A DNA stretch of 63,781 nt, the filler included, from Phoronis australis (taxonomy: Eukaryota; Animalia; Phoronida), in NCBI GenBank assembly GCA_002633005.1. It is 4 parts of 4 records of this genome, joined end to end, with 100 filler letters (N's around TTAATTAATTAA, not from the genome) between each part and the next. Parts side by side here need not be neighbours in the genome. Positions count along the whole stretch, not along the records: positions 1 to 19,590 come from NMRA01000963.1; positions 19,691 to 51,273 come from NMRA01000880.1; 2 more parts are not named here. One strand, 5' to 3'. The notes under the pieces were generated by a model that saw only the letters and a program-made list of their open reading frames with translations, searched no databases and was not told the origin of the DNA. Shown piece by piece: positions 13,773-25,500 of this stretch (within the stretch, counting starts at the first letter, position 1; every line of letters starts with the position of its first letter). Both the position numbers and the translations under genes were made by a program.

Positions 13773-16700
13773 GCAACAAGTGTAGATTACTCCAACATTT
13801 CATGCGGAGAACTCGCCTACGACTTAGACTACTTCAGAAACACTCCAGTGGTGGGCAAGATCCCGGTTTCTTCAACAATGGCATTTGAAGTCGGCAGTCG
13901 ACTCACCTCTATCCTCGTCAAGACCATTGGGAATCACACGGTGGTTTACGCAGGAACAATAAGTGGACAATTAAAAAAGGTTCGTGTCAACATATAGCCA
14001 AACACCTCAAAATTATGAGGTGGATACTTTTTTCATCATATCAGTGTAGGAAGCTTTAACCTATTTTGTTATTAAAATGCACAAACATGGATCATTGATT
14101 ATTTTTAAAAGGCACGCATTTGCATCGTTTCAGATTCATGTTAAATCGTCGACTGAATCAAAGACTTTTAAAAGCGTAACACTTGGTGATAAGCGGGCAA
14201 TGGAGGACATGGTGTTTGATGACGTAATGGAACACATTTACGTTATGTCGGGTACAAAGGTAAGAAATAATGCATGCCGACGATTAAGCCGAATGAAAAC
14301 CAATCGTTTTGTAAATACATGAAACACCCGTAAGTACAGTGCGCATGTATATCAACCATTTACAAGAGCTTGGGATAAAGAAGGGAGCTTGTTCCAGTGC
14401 ATTTCCACTGCCTCTCTCATTGCCTTGATACTTTTTGCTCCCCAACATGGCAATAGATCTTCAATCTTTTAGTGACTTAACTTGTGGTTGAGCTCTTGTA
14501 TTTTCTAAGAGTTATTTGCTAAGTTATTAGAGTTTTGCACACCGATGTCATGCCATCCACTGTGTAAGTCCTTCACACTATGATCATTAGTGCACGAACT
14601 CGATTACACATAATTTTGAATCATAGTTTAAAATGACTTTTTCAATTTGTGTACTTTTAATCATGAAATAAACTAATTTTAAAAAATGAATGTTTGTGCG
14701 ATGCAATCAGTGAATCCGGTCTCCGCCATTGTGTTGCTCTACGCAAGCCCCGGGCCGTAGTAGTCTCGAAAATTGAGTTCAAATGAGTATTAAGAAAAGT
14801 TGATTGTGCAGAAGATGCAGTATTAGTAATGGGTCCCGTATAATGCAGCATTTCAGTTTTGCGTTTTTAAAAGACCCTAACATCGCCCAAAAATGGCAGT
14901 TTCGTGCGACACAAGCACGGCAGTAAAAGCTGGAGCAAGTGATCAGTTCAGGGACCACGCTATGCTTAACCCAGTTTGAGGAATCGTGCTTCGATTCGTC
15001 TCAGAAACGGAGATTTGCTGAAGGTTTGCCCAACTTGTAAGTACATTTGTTGGAGAAAAAGTGCATTGTGTTGCGCAACTGCTGGGAACGTATTTGTCAT
15101 ACACACGTGGAGTATGAGCCTCAGTATCACTTTCAAGCGTAATGAGTTACACCATTGCCTCTATTTCAGCACACGGCTGACAGAGAGCGCCAAGAAGTGG
15201 GAACTTGTAAGGAAATCACAAAAATAAAATAAACAGGCTTGCCAGCTTCTAATGAATCTAGTGTTATGGAAACTGTCGAGTCACCTGAGCAGTCATAACA
15301 CAGAAACAACAATACAAGTGTTTTCTAAATTTCGTAATGGCACTCGATTTGTGTAGGATAAATTTAGTTATTTTTGATTCAATTCAATTTAATTAAATTA
15401 TTACGTAAACAAAATACCGTATCGTTTTTTACCATTTTGCAACAAAATTGGCAACTAAAATGTATCGAAATTTCAATGAGTTGGAACTTTAATTTGTCAA
15501 GTTACTCTACTAAGGTACATGTACACCTTCCAAAGTCAATTTTTTAGTATGGCAACTGGAACTAAGAATTGAACCTAACTACATGTAGGTCTTGGCGCAT
15601 CAATGTCGATATCAAAGTCCGTCGCTCCGGCATCTCCACTCGATTCCTTGTACAATTTGATAAAGCGTCGCACTCTTGCACTTTTTCACATCTCAACGCC
15701 TTTATTTTCAGTGTCTGTTCTTGATAAAGGCCCGGGTTTTACGGAAAAATGCTAGTAAAAATTAAAAGACAACCATTGGAAGCGGTGTGCAGTATACGCA
15801 ATGGTTTTCTGCGTCTTTCTTTTGCAGCTGCACAAAATAGCCACTTACGAATGTAATTTGTTGACTTCCTGTGCAGAGTGCGTAGGATCACGTGACCCTC
15901 ACTGCGGATGGTGTACGTTGGAAAACAAGTAAGTTTGTTAGTGCGTGGTCATTGCAAGACTGTAACGCTGCCACTGCTATTTCCATAGCATATCAAATTA
16001 TCTCGGTTTCTCTTGACCATTTCATGTGGGAGTACACCTCTGAGCTAGGTCTAGGAGCAATCCCCTGCTTGGCCGTTCGTGAAGTCCTGACCTGGATTTG
16101 GGGAAATACTTTAATTGAGCTAACATGGGAGTGCCACCGAGCTGGCTATGAAAGTGTCCCGAACCTTTGGAATTGAAATACGTCAAACTGGCTGTAGCTG
16201 GAAATATCCACAGAGACGTCCGTTTTTGGCTTAACAAATCTACACACAACACCAGATCCAAATTTGTTTCAAAATGGATGATTAATTACAACACTGTAAC
16301 AACCCGCACCACAACGCGTGTCCTGACTTGTTACAACAGCCATTTTTGTTACACACGTTATTTAATACCATGGACGGTTGTATAAAAAAGAACGATCATG
16401 GGGCCACTACCTGGGGGGTCCCAGGTTGTTGCTTAGTTTGATTAAGGATTATTGTTGACATTTTAATCATAAAATATCAATCAAAAGGATGGATATGCTA
16501 TTTAAGGTGGGAAATGTATGCATTTTTGCTTACAAAATATTTTTCTACAATTTATTTCAATATTATTTACAGTATTTACAGTTTTTTATCCATTTCTCAC
16601 ACCTGTAGCAGACGTGTTTCCGTGAACCGTGTGAACATTTTCTATTTGCTAGGTGTTCACTGTCATCTGAATGCAAGGCGAAGGGTGTACCTAAGAAATG

Positions 16701-17623
16701 GTACAACTACGACGCAGACGTTAACCAGTGCATCACTTTCTCAAATATAAAACCAACTGACAGTGTGTCTGTACATGCAGCTGAACATCCAATCAATGTA
16801 AGTATACAATGTCCGAAATTTCAAATAGAAATACCTATTTATGATGTCCAACAAGTTGCAGAGGAATTCGATAATTTTGTGCACGAGTAGGGCCTACTGT
16901 ACATGTGTATTTATGTCTGTTTACGACCAGGTTCTGATGTTACGGACAACGCAACTGTGCCATGTAGTAGTTTGCTCCTTAGCCTTTAAAAACTGGACAA
17001 GTTTAGCGGTCAGTGTCACACTCGGGACACATTTGGCTCCCCATATGCCCAGTAATGTCTCTGTATCGTGGCAGGTTACAGTGGCCCGCCAAAACTTGAA
17101 TGACGTGTCTATGCCCAATTTATCAAAACTCAGAAGCTTTTTAAGTACAGAAGCGTGACTAACGCTTGAAGCGAGCACTAGATAACTCTAGGGGAATGTA
17201 ATCCACCAAGAACCACAAATCTATTCTGTGACACTGACCATTAAAGTCGTGCATGTATATGTAATGGAGCAGTGCATTAGAAGAGAACACAATTTGTTTT
17301 GTTGGAATCACAAAAACAGGGTTGGTAACCTTTTTGAGTGAATAATAGGACGAGATCAATTTTACAATAGGAGGACTTAATCCAAAATGTTTGGTAGATT
17401 TTGCGGCTCTATTGCTCTTTAGGTAAATAAAAACTGCAATGCAGTTGAATTTTGATCGTGACTTTTGCTTCCGTTTTTCAGTTGTCGTTAAGCATTTCAA
17501 ACCTACCCCAAGACAACAGTTTCACATGTGTCTTTGGGGAGAGTACTTTTACACCTGCCACGAAAACTCCATTTGGTGTTCGCTGCATCACTCCAAGATG
17601 GACATTGGTTCACGGAAATGACG
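13773..17623 (+). CDS. Plexin-family receptor, five internal exons (Sema C-terminus, PSI, first Ig-like/TIG domain); partial gene
   Basis: AG/GT-bounded exons 13773-13979, 14134-14259, 15828-15928, 16653-16797 and 17482-17623 splice in frame. They give ...RLTSILVKTIGNHTVVYAGTISGQLKK|IHVKSS...EHIYVMSGTK|LHKIATYECNLLTSCAECVGSRDPHCGWCTLENK|CSLSSEC...W...QCI...|LSLSISNLPQDNSFTCVFG...VRCITP, including the PSI motif C-x2-C..DP-x-CGWC. Confidence 0.9.
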
Positions 17624-17786
17624 GTTAGTTACAGCATAAATATACATAATCCAGATCTGAGAATGAAGGTACACGAAAAAGAATTGATGGGCATTAACTT
17701 TAAAGTCTGAGCAAAATCCGTAATAAATGTTCATGTACATGTGGGTGTCATTGTGATCTTGTTGCCAGTATCTGTAGTCCCTGTTA

Positions 17787-18050
17787 ATGCGCGCACCCAG
17801 GGGGGCTCGGGGGGCTCAAAAGAGCCCCCACCACCATTTATCGTGGGTAAAAGGTTCGCCTCACAGAAACATAAAGTTCGTGAAAACGAGACAAAAGTCC
17901 ACTAAAAAGGTGCAGACGCACAGTTCACAGACATGAAAGTGGTACCCGTTTTTGTTTTTTATTACGTCCTCCCCTTTTTTGTTAGCGAAAGGTCCACTTT
18001 GTCAGAGATTCGAGCCCCACCCCCCTATATTAAAGGCTGGGTGCGCGCAT
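17787..18050. mobile_element. MITE (hAT-like) in plexin intron
   Basis: Perfect 14-bp TIR atgcgcgcacccag / ctgggtgcgcgcat with G-run and C-run subterminal tracts. Confidence 0.7.
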
Positions 18051-19590
18051 GTTGTTTCCAGGTGAATGCTGCCTAAATGTACTAAATAATTCACCATAAA
18101 CGGTCTAAGTAAAAGCAATACATGGTAATATTTTACAATAATTCAGACTTCAAATCAAAGGGTATTCTTGATCTGTTGAAATGAGATGTCAAATTGCGTG
18201 CACTTGCAATGACTCTTCACAAAAATTAAAAAAGCACCAGAGCACTTGTCAAAAGCATAATGTTGCACAATCATTGATATTTCTGCCCTCTGAAAAAATG
18301 CGATGACTTCCGAAATGACGTGATGTTGCTTGACTTGACATATACAATGCAATAGCACTTTTCATGCCAACCGGGCGTCAGGTTTGACAAACCAACCAAT
18401 TACAGTACAAGGTGCAGAAACCATGAACCAGTGTCGAATCGAACAAACAATGGCAGTAAACAATGGCAGTTTAAACAATTAGTTGTTAAATAAGAGAAGA
18501 AATCATCGTAGGGAAGAAGTATCAATGGACGTATAATTTGGCAAAGCCTTAGGAAGCGGGGAGTGGGTAAACAGGGTCCAAACAATTGCAGATGTCAGGT
18601 CAAAAACCATGCCAGCGATCAGCAAAGGCGTATTAGGTAGCATGGTAAGTTTGAGAGGAGAAAGTCACAACAAAACATGAAGGAAAGATATTAGGAGGGT
18701 GCCTTGTCAGGGGGCATTTATGTTCTGTGTTTTGCTTACACAAAACCAAAAGCATGTGCTACACCATGCTTCGAAAAAGTTATACAAAACTTGTTGTACA
18801 CCTTTTACCCCAGATCAATACGATTTCAATTTCTATATTTAAGAGCACATTATTTAGCTAATAAAACGGTGTATCTCTTGAAATCACCTCTCTCAAGAAA
18901 ATTATTCTTGATACTGCTCATCGTTTTGTAATATTATTGCTACCTGACGGAGAAGAGACCTGACAACAGCCTCAACTATCCCTCATGTCCTATGATGGTT
19001 AATACGCTTTCATATTTGGGGTAAGGGCTGCTGATGACATCCATTGCCAAATTTTTCTTTCCAATTAAGGGACCGCCCTCGGAAGAAAGACCGATTACAG
19101 AATCAATTGCCGATCTTTTCCGATATTGGTGAAATCGTATATTCCTGTTTGTTGAAGAATACCTGTTTAAGGGTCCCCGAACAAAGGATACAACTGCCAT
19201 TCTTTCGTTGCTCTTTTATGATAGGTATTTAAATCCTCACAGGATAGAAGTCCACTACACAGAGTCCTGTCATGGACGGGCGGCCCACACAATTGCTCAA
19301 TTGTCTCCCTACAAATCTGGCTTTGCCAACTATTCTTGAGGGGAAGAAGATGAAATTTCAAATTGGCCGAGTAAACCACAGATGCATGCAAGCCTCAATA
19401 GATGGTATTCAAACAACCAAATATGATAGATTGTATAGTAACATTGGCCGGAATTAAAAAATCCTTCAGTTTAAAACGGATTTTGAGGAGGGCTCTCTAA
19501 ACCCCCGTGGGAACCCGTCAGCCACGCTCCCTGGTTGTTCATCGACCAAGCATCTGTGCGCGTAACGTGACTTTCATTTAAAACTTCCAG

Positions 19591-19690
19591 NNNNNNNNNN
19601 NNNNNNNNNNNNNNNNNNNNNNNNNNNNNNNNNNTTAATTAATTAANNNNNNNNNNNNNNNNNNNNNNNNNNNNNNNNNNNNNNNNNNNN
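19591..19690. other. Artificial contig spacer
   Basis: 100-bp N run with central TTAATTAATTAA (stop codons in all six frames). Confidence 0.97.
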
Positions 19691-19826
19691 TTCTGTTTTT
19701 TTTTAATTTTTGGGTCCTGGCCCGAGGGGGGGGTTTAAACCCCTGAACCCCCCCCGCCCCGTAGATCCGCCACTGAGCTTCTGTCTCTGAGTCTGAGACT
19801 GATAGTGATATTGTCGTATTTTGATG

Positions 19827-20233
19827 CTGCTGTGCGTGAACTTGGAATCCCGCTTAATCTCAAAATTAAGCGGGATTGTTGCGTGATCTTGGAATGCATG
19901 AGGAAACTTGAAAAGTTCACTCAAATAATTGCGTTCAAGTGGATAAAAATTTGCACTGCACTAAACCAAATTATATGTTATTAAAATAACGTAACATAAT
20001 CTGGCGATCTTCACCAGACAATAATTGTTTTAACCAATCACAAATTCCTCCGATTCTTTGACACAAGTTACGGTAAAGGAGAAAGTGAGTGATTATAAGG
20101 CCAATAACTACAAAAATTTTTTACATTGAACAAAAAATTTCACCTGATTGTCCAAATATATGTTCAATTCCAAGTTCACGCATACAAGTACGCGATCTTG
20201 AGAGTAAGCAGGATTCCAAGTTCACGCACAGCA
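19827..20233. mobile_element. MITE-like element with ~37-bp TIRs
   Basis: tgctgtgcgtgaacttggaatcccgctta... is inverted at ...taagcaggattccaagttcacgcacagca. Confidence 0.65.
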
Positions 20234-20245
20234 ATACTATAGACT

Positions 20246-20312
20246 AGATAGGTAGGTAGGTAGGTAGGTAGGTAGGTAGCTAGGCAGGCAGGCAGGCAGG
20301 CAGGTAGGTAGA
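20246..20312. repeat. Compound microsatellite (TAGG)n(CAGG)n
   Basis: Directly visible tetranucleotide runs. Confidence 0.9.
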
Positions 20313-20387
20313 TACCCGCGAGAACAATGTACTAGATCTCCTAACAAACAATCCCAGTGGTATAGTTAAAACTAAGGTCATCTCAGA

Positions 20388-20837
20388 CAGGCCTTTATCC
20401 AGGATTTCGAAAATAGGGTGTCCAAAATGGGGTTCCCAATATTCCAGGGCGTCCATGATTCCAACGCATAACCCCCCACCCCCAGCAATCCCACAAACAC
20501 ACAGTTTTTTTTACAAAAAATGCATAGACCAAGGTTTTTACATCTAAGTTTACAAAACAGCCTTCTGTAGTGAGCATTTTTACTGACTTTCCAATGCTTC
20601 AACCAAGTGTGAGCATAGCAAAGTATATACATTGTATACGTCTTCCTGCTTTGAAAAAAGAGCCACCACTGTGAGTTCATAGGCTTCCTGGTAATCATTA
20701 CAATGTGTGTGTCCAAACTTGAAAGGTTCCAATTGATAGTGGGTGTCCAAATGATACATTGGGGTCTTACCAGGGCCTCCATATTAGTGCTAGGGCATCC
20801 ATTTGGACGCCCAGGATGTACGCTGCATAAAGGCCTG
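20388..20837. mobile_element. hAT-type MITE
   Basis: TIR caggcctttatccag / ctgcataaaggcctg flanked by an 8-bp near-TSD atctcaga / atcccaga. Confidence 0.8.
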
Positions 20838-20988
20838 ATCCCAGACTGTAGTGAAAACGGTATTGTCTTTACAGAAATCAAAGTTAATCCGGCTACACAA
20901 AAATAAAAACCCTGAAAAAATCTATGAGTTCAATAAAAGAAAATGTGATGAGCTGTAAACATACTTGGCCTCTTCCAAACATACATTC

Positions 20989-21145
20989 CTGGCGTGCGTT
21001 CAGTAGACGCTACGACCTAAGCTAGGACCTAGCTAAAACCTAGTCAAAGTCACGTGTTCTCATTTAAAATGCACGCCAATATCTCACGTAATCTCGCGAA
21101 GCCTTGCTTTTTAGCGAGGTCATAGCATTACTGAATGGGAGGCTG
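20989..21145. mobile_element. ~157-bp MITE-like repeat, copy 2
   Basis: High similarity to 1574-1730. Confidence 0.75.
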
Positions 21146-21189
21146 GAACATGGGCATCGTTCTTTTCTGTAAATGACACGTGGTCCGTT

Positions 21190-21925
21190 TTTGCTACAAA
21201 TGTCTGATGCCACTGAACATTTCATCCCCAAAAAGACCAAAAAACCTAAATCCTGGATAAATCCTAAAATCAAAAACTCCTTAGAAAAAGAGACAAACTC
21301 TTGTCACTCAAAACATATTGGAAATGAAACAGACATAGAAATATTCCTGAATCTCAGGAAACTAGTCCATCAAGAAATTCGCAAAGAACGGGAATCATAT
21401 CTACAACAGAATTAAATCTTCCCAAAAAGATTTTACATTTTTGTTAAAAGTCTCAAAAAAGTATCACCAAATATTGCTCCGTTGAAAAAAGATGGCATCC
21501 TATACACCGATACAAAAACAAAATCAGAAATATTAAGCACAGTCACACTTTTCCTCGATCCTCACAAAAGACAATGGCACAGATATGCCCAACAAGGGCA
21601 CAGATATGCCCAACAAGGGCACAGATATGCCCAACAAGGGCACAGATATGCCCAACAAGGGCACAGATATGCCCAACAAGGGCACAGATATGCCCAACAA
21701 GGGCACAAGCCCCTATAACTCCATGCGTGACGTAACCTTCTACACTGACAGTATATGCAAAATGTTGCAGAACCTCAACCCTCAAAGTTGCTGGGCCAGA
21801 TCAGATATCTTCTCGCATTCTTAAAGCAACCACAGAAGAAATTGCTTCTGTCCTTTAAGAAATCTTTACCAAATCCTATCAATCATCTCCAGTTCTGTCA
21901 GAACGGCAAACTGCAAATGTAGTGA
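21190..21925 (+). mobile_element. Decayed LINE ORF2 fragment (CR1/L2-group-like, region upstream of RT)
   Basis: Frameshifted pieces HFIPKK..KSWINPKIK, KRFYIFVKS..IAPLKKDG..KSEIL and LQNLNP..GPDQISSRILK..EEIASVL*EIF..QTANV. Confidence 0.75.
21576..21707. repeat. 21-bp tandem repeat (ggcacagatatgcccaacaag) x6 inside the LINE fragment
   Basis: Perfect copies; they account for the MPNKGTD and HRYAQQG repeat ORFs in the track. Confidence 0.95.
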
Positions 21926-22590
21926 AGCTCACGCCGGCATCAGATTTTGCTTTATCACCCTACTGGATCTTCAAAAAGATTTTTTCACCAGTCCTTTACG
22001 TTATTGTTGCTTCAAAGTTGCACATTTGATCACCTTTCACTCAGGCCTTAAACATCAACCGTGTACATTGTATATTTAACTATTTTAGGAAAGTAAAGAA
22101 GGTAACTCAAGATGACGTCTGCCTTGGACAATTTCCGCACAGTTTATCCATTTCCAGATGACAAGAAAAGAGGTGGATCCTGCCCTGGAGTTATCTTTAG
22201 GTATGCTGAAATATTCAACAATTCACAGGTATCATCCACGGCTCTATTGTTGTTTTTCAAATGCATTATTGGATGGTTGTCAACTCGTAAACATCTGATG
22301 ACTTGTAAACAATATGTAGGATAACAAAACTCGTCACTCGAACTCACCATAACTCAGAGTGCTGATCAACTGCAACAAACCTTTGGTGCGGGTGCAACTA
22401 TAACAAACCATAAAAGACTAAAAATGTACCAAAATACATCGAATTAATACAGAGATTTGCAAGTCTTGCGGGAAATATTCTCGAGGTGCACACCGTCCTA
22501 TCATTCTGAAGTTAAATCTCACCATCCGAACACATCAATAAGTTATCTTTGATGTCAGTGGATGTTTATTGAGCCGACAACTATCCCATA

Positions 22591-25500
22591 ATGCATTTTA
22601 AAAATTTCAACAGTGCCATAGATGAAAGCCTCCAAATTCCCAGAAGTGTTTTTCCAAGGTATGTCTTCAGGGTTTTAAATTGTGAATTGTTAAATGAATG
22701 TTACAAGAAATTTTAATGTAAGGCTTTGTTGAAGTTAAACTGAGCTAAGAGAGAAAGCTAACATGATTGCCTTCGAACAGCAGGTGTAATCTTGGCAAGT
22801 TTTAAGATGCTGAAACTCTTTTTGGAAGATTGATTAAAATAAGTCATCGTCATACAACTTGGAACAATTTAAATGTGACCAGCTTAAGCTTAATACATTC
22901 AGGGGCTATTGAAAGGAGATATTTCAATTTACATATAGTACAGTTTAAATTTAAATATTAAGTACTAAATAAAATTAAAGTTGCAGGTAAAAAATGACTA
23001 ACTTTAAGATAAAAAAGGAGCAGTTTATTATTCCAAAAACTATTCCAAGCGTAACATAACTAGAAAACAAGTCTGCTATGTTGGCTTATGTCACAACTCG
23101 ATTTTTTGACCATCACAAAATTAATTCAAGACATTTGATAATTCAGTTGTGCGAAACAAAATATCTTAAGGTAATGGGTAATTAAGTAAACAGCACTTAT
23201 AAGATTCTTTCAGTTGGAAACTAGTACCTGCTGTGTACATTATTTCTCCTGGGGAATTTCTGGTGTGAGGTACTAGTAGTTACATTTAATGAATTGTTTT
23301 CTTAAAAGTGGAAAATTTGTTTGAAACTCCTAATACATTGTATACTAGTAGCTCCATCTAGTATTGGATCACAGCAGCAACATATTTGCAGCTGACTGGC
23401 AGTCACATTTGTTATAAAAGCAGTGTGTCGATTCTTTCATACTAAGTGCTCTGTCTTTAACCAATTGTCAGCACTATTGAAGCCCACAAACAGCTTCTAG
23501 GTACAGGGGGGATATACCACTTTAAAAACAGTGATACGTGTTGTAACTCAAAGGAGTGCAGATTTTGACATCAAAATATTCAAAGGGGAATGGATCAAGC
23601 TTGATTACTGCCCATTTTCCTCTAAAACAAGATATTAACTGTCTGTTGTAGATCAGCCAAAGTGAACGTGAAAGAATACTGTGTGGTGGAAGAGGTCAAA
23701 AAGCACAACATTCTTACAGTTATTGATTTCAGTGTCAGTGATCTTGAGAAGAACTGTATAGAGACTATACAGTCCGTAGACAATCCAGTCTTCACCACCA
23801 GACGAGTTCGTCTGATATCTAAGGAGCGCTACTCTCCTGGCGAAGACTTTGTAAGCGAGGACGTTGAAATCGGAACCGACAGAAGACGATCCGTCTTCTC
23901 CATCAACGTATTGTCTAGTTTTCAACTGGTTAAGACAGCCTTCGGGCGTGTGCCGTGGTATTACACAGTGGCTGGGCTCTTTCTTGTGCTCATTGATTTG
24001 CTGTTATGGACTACACACTATAAACACTTTGTTAGTCTGTGTTTTCACATCGAAGAAATGAAGGGAGGCTTGGTGCAGCTGTATAAGGATATTTTAGACA
24101 TGGGCCATAAAGGAGTTTGTGTCGGTAAATTCATCGTTCCTTTGATTAGCCTTTTCACTGTCAGTGTCACCTTTTGACAACTTGGGTCCCTGTCTCTGGT
24201 TTGTCTATTTTAGCTGTACAGACGGTGGCGCTAATATCAGTTTATGATGTCATACGTCCACTTTATGTTGGTCTTTCATTTGGCATAAACAATATAATAG
24301 TTAAAAAGCGATTTAATTTCTCAAAATTTTATGCGATTTGTTGATGCTGATCNGCCATTGTCATAATAGTACTAAATTATCCAAGAAACACTTTGAGACC
24401 AATATCGTAATAGTACTAAATTGTCCAAGAAACACTTTGAGACCAATGTCGTAATAGTACTAAGTTGTCCAAGAAACACTTTGAGACCAATGTCGTAATA
24501 GTACTAAGTTGTCTAAGAAACACTTTCAGACCAATGTCATAATAGTACTAAGTTGTCTAAGAAACACTTTGAGACCAATGTCATAATAGTACTAAATTGT
24601 CCAGGAAACACTTTGAGACCAATGTCATAATAGTACTAAGTTGTCCAAGAAACACTTTGAGGCCATTGTCATAATAGTACTAAATTATCCAAGAAACACT
24701 TTGAGACCAATATCGTAATAGTACTAAATTGTCCAAGAAACACTTTGAGACCAATGTCGTAATAGTACTAAGTTGTCCAAGAAACACTTTGAGACCAATG
24801 TCGTAATAGTACTAAGTTGTCTAAGAAACACTTTCAGACCAATGTCATAATAGTACTAAGTTGTCTAAGAAACACTTTGAGACCAATGTCATAATAGTAC
24901 TAAATTGTCCAGGAAACACTTTGAGACCAATGTCATAATAGTACTAAGTTGTCCAAGAAACACTTTGAGGCCATTGTCATAATAGTACTAAATTATCCAA
25001 GAAACACTTTGAGACCAATATCGTAATAGTACTAAATTGTCCAAGAAACACTTTGAGACCAATGTCGTAATAGTACTAAGTTGTCCAAGAAACACTTTGA
25101 GACCAATGTCGTAATAGTACTAAGTTGTCTAAGAAACACTTTCAGACCAATGTCATAATAGTACTAAGTTGTCTAAGAAACACTTTGAGACCAATGTCAT
25201 AATAGTACTAAATTGTCCAGGAAACACTTTGAGACCAATGTCATAATAGTACTAAGTTGTCCAAGAAACACTTTGAGGCCATTGTCATAATAGTACTAAA
25301 TTATCCAAGAAACACTTTGAGACCAATATCGTAATAGTACTAAATTGTCCAAGAAACACTTTGAGACCAATGTCGTAATAGTACTAAGTTGTCCAAGAAA
25401 CACTTTGAGACCAATGTCGTAATAGTACTAAGTTGTCTAAGAAACACTTTCAGACCAATGTCATAATAGTACTAAGTTGTCTAAGAAACACTTTGAGACC

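Noticed and set aside
20378-20881. 167-aa minus-strand ORF
   Set aside because: Coincides with a MITE and has no transposase or other motif.
21482-21824. Repeat-protein ORFs (HRYAQQG, MPNKGTD, ALVGHIC)
   Set aside because: By-products of a stop-free 21-bp tandem repeat inside a dead LINE.
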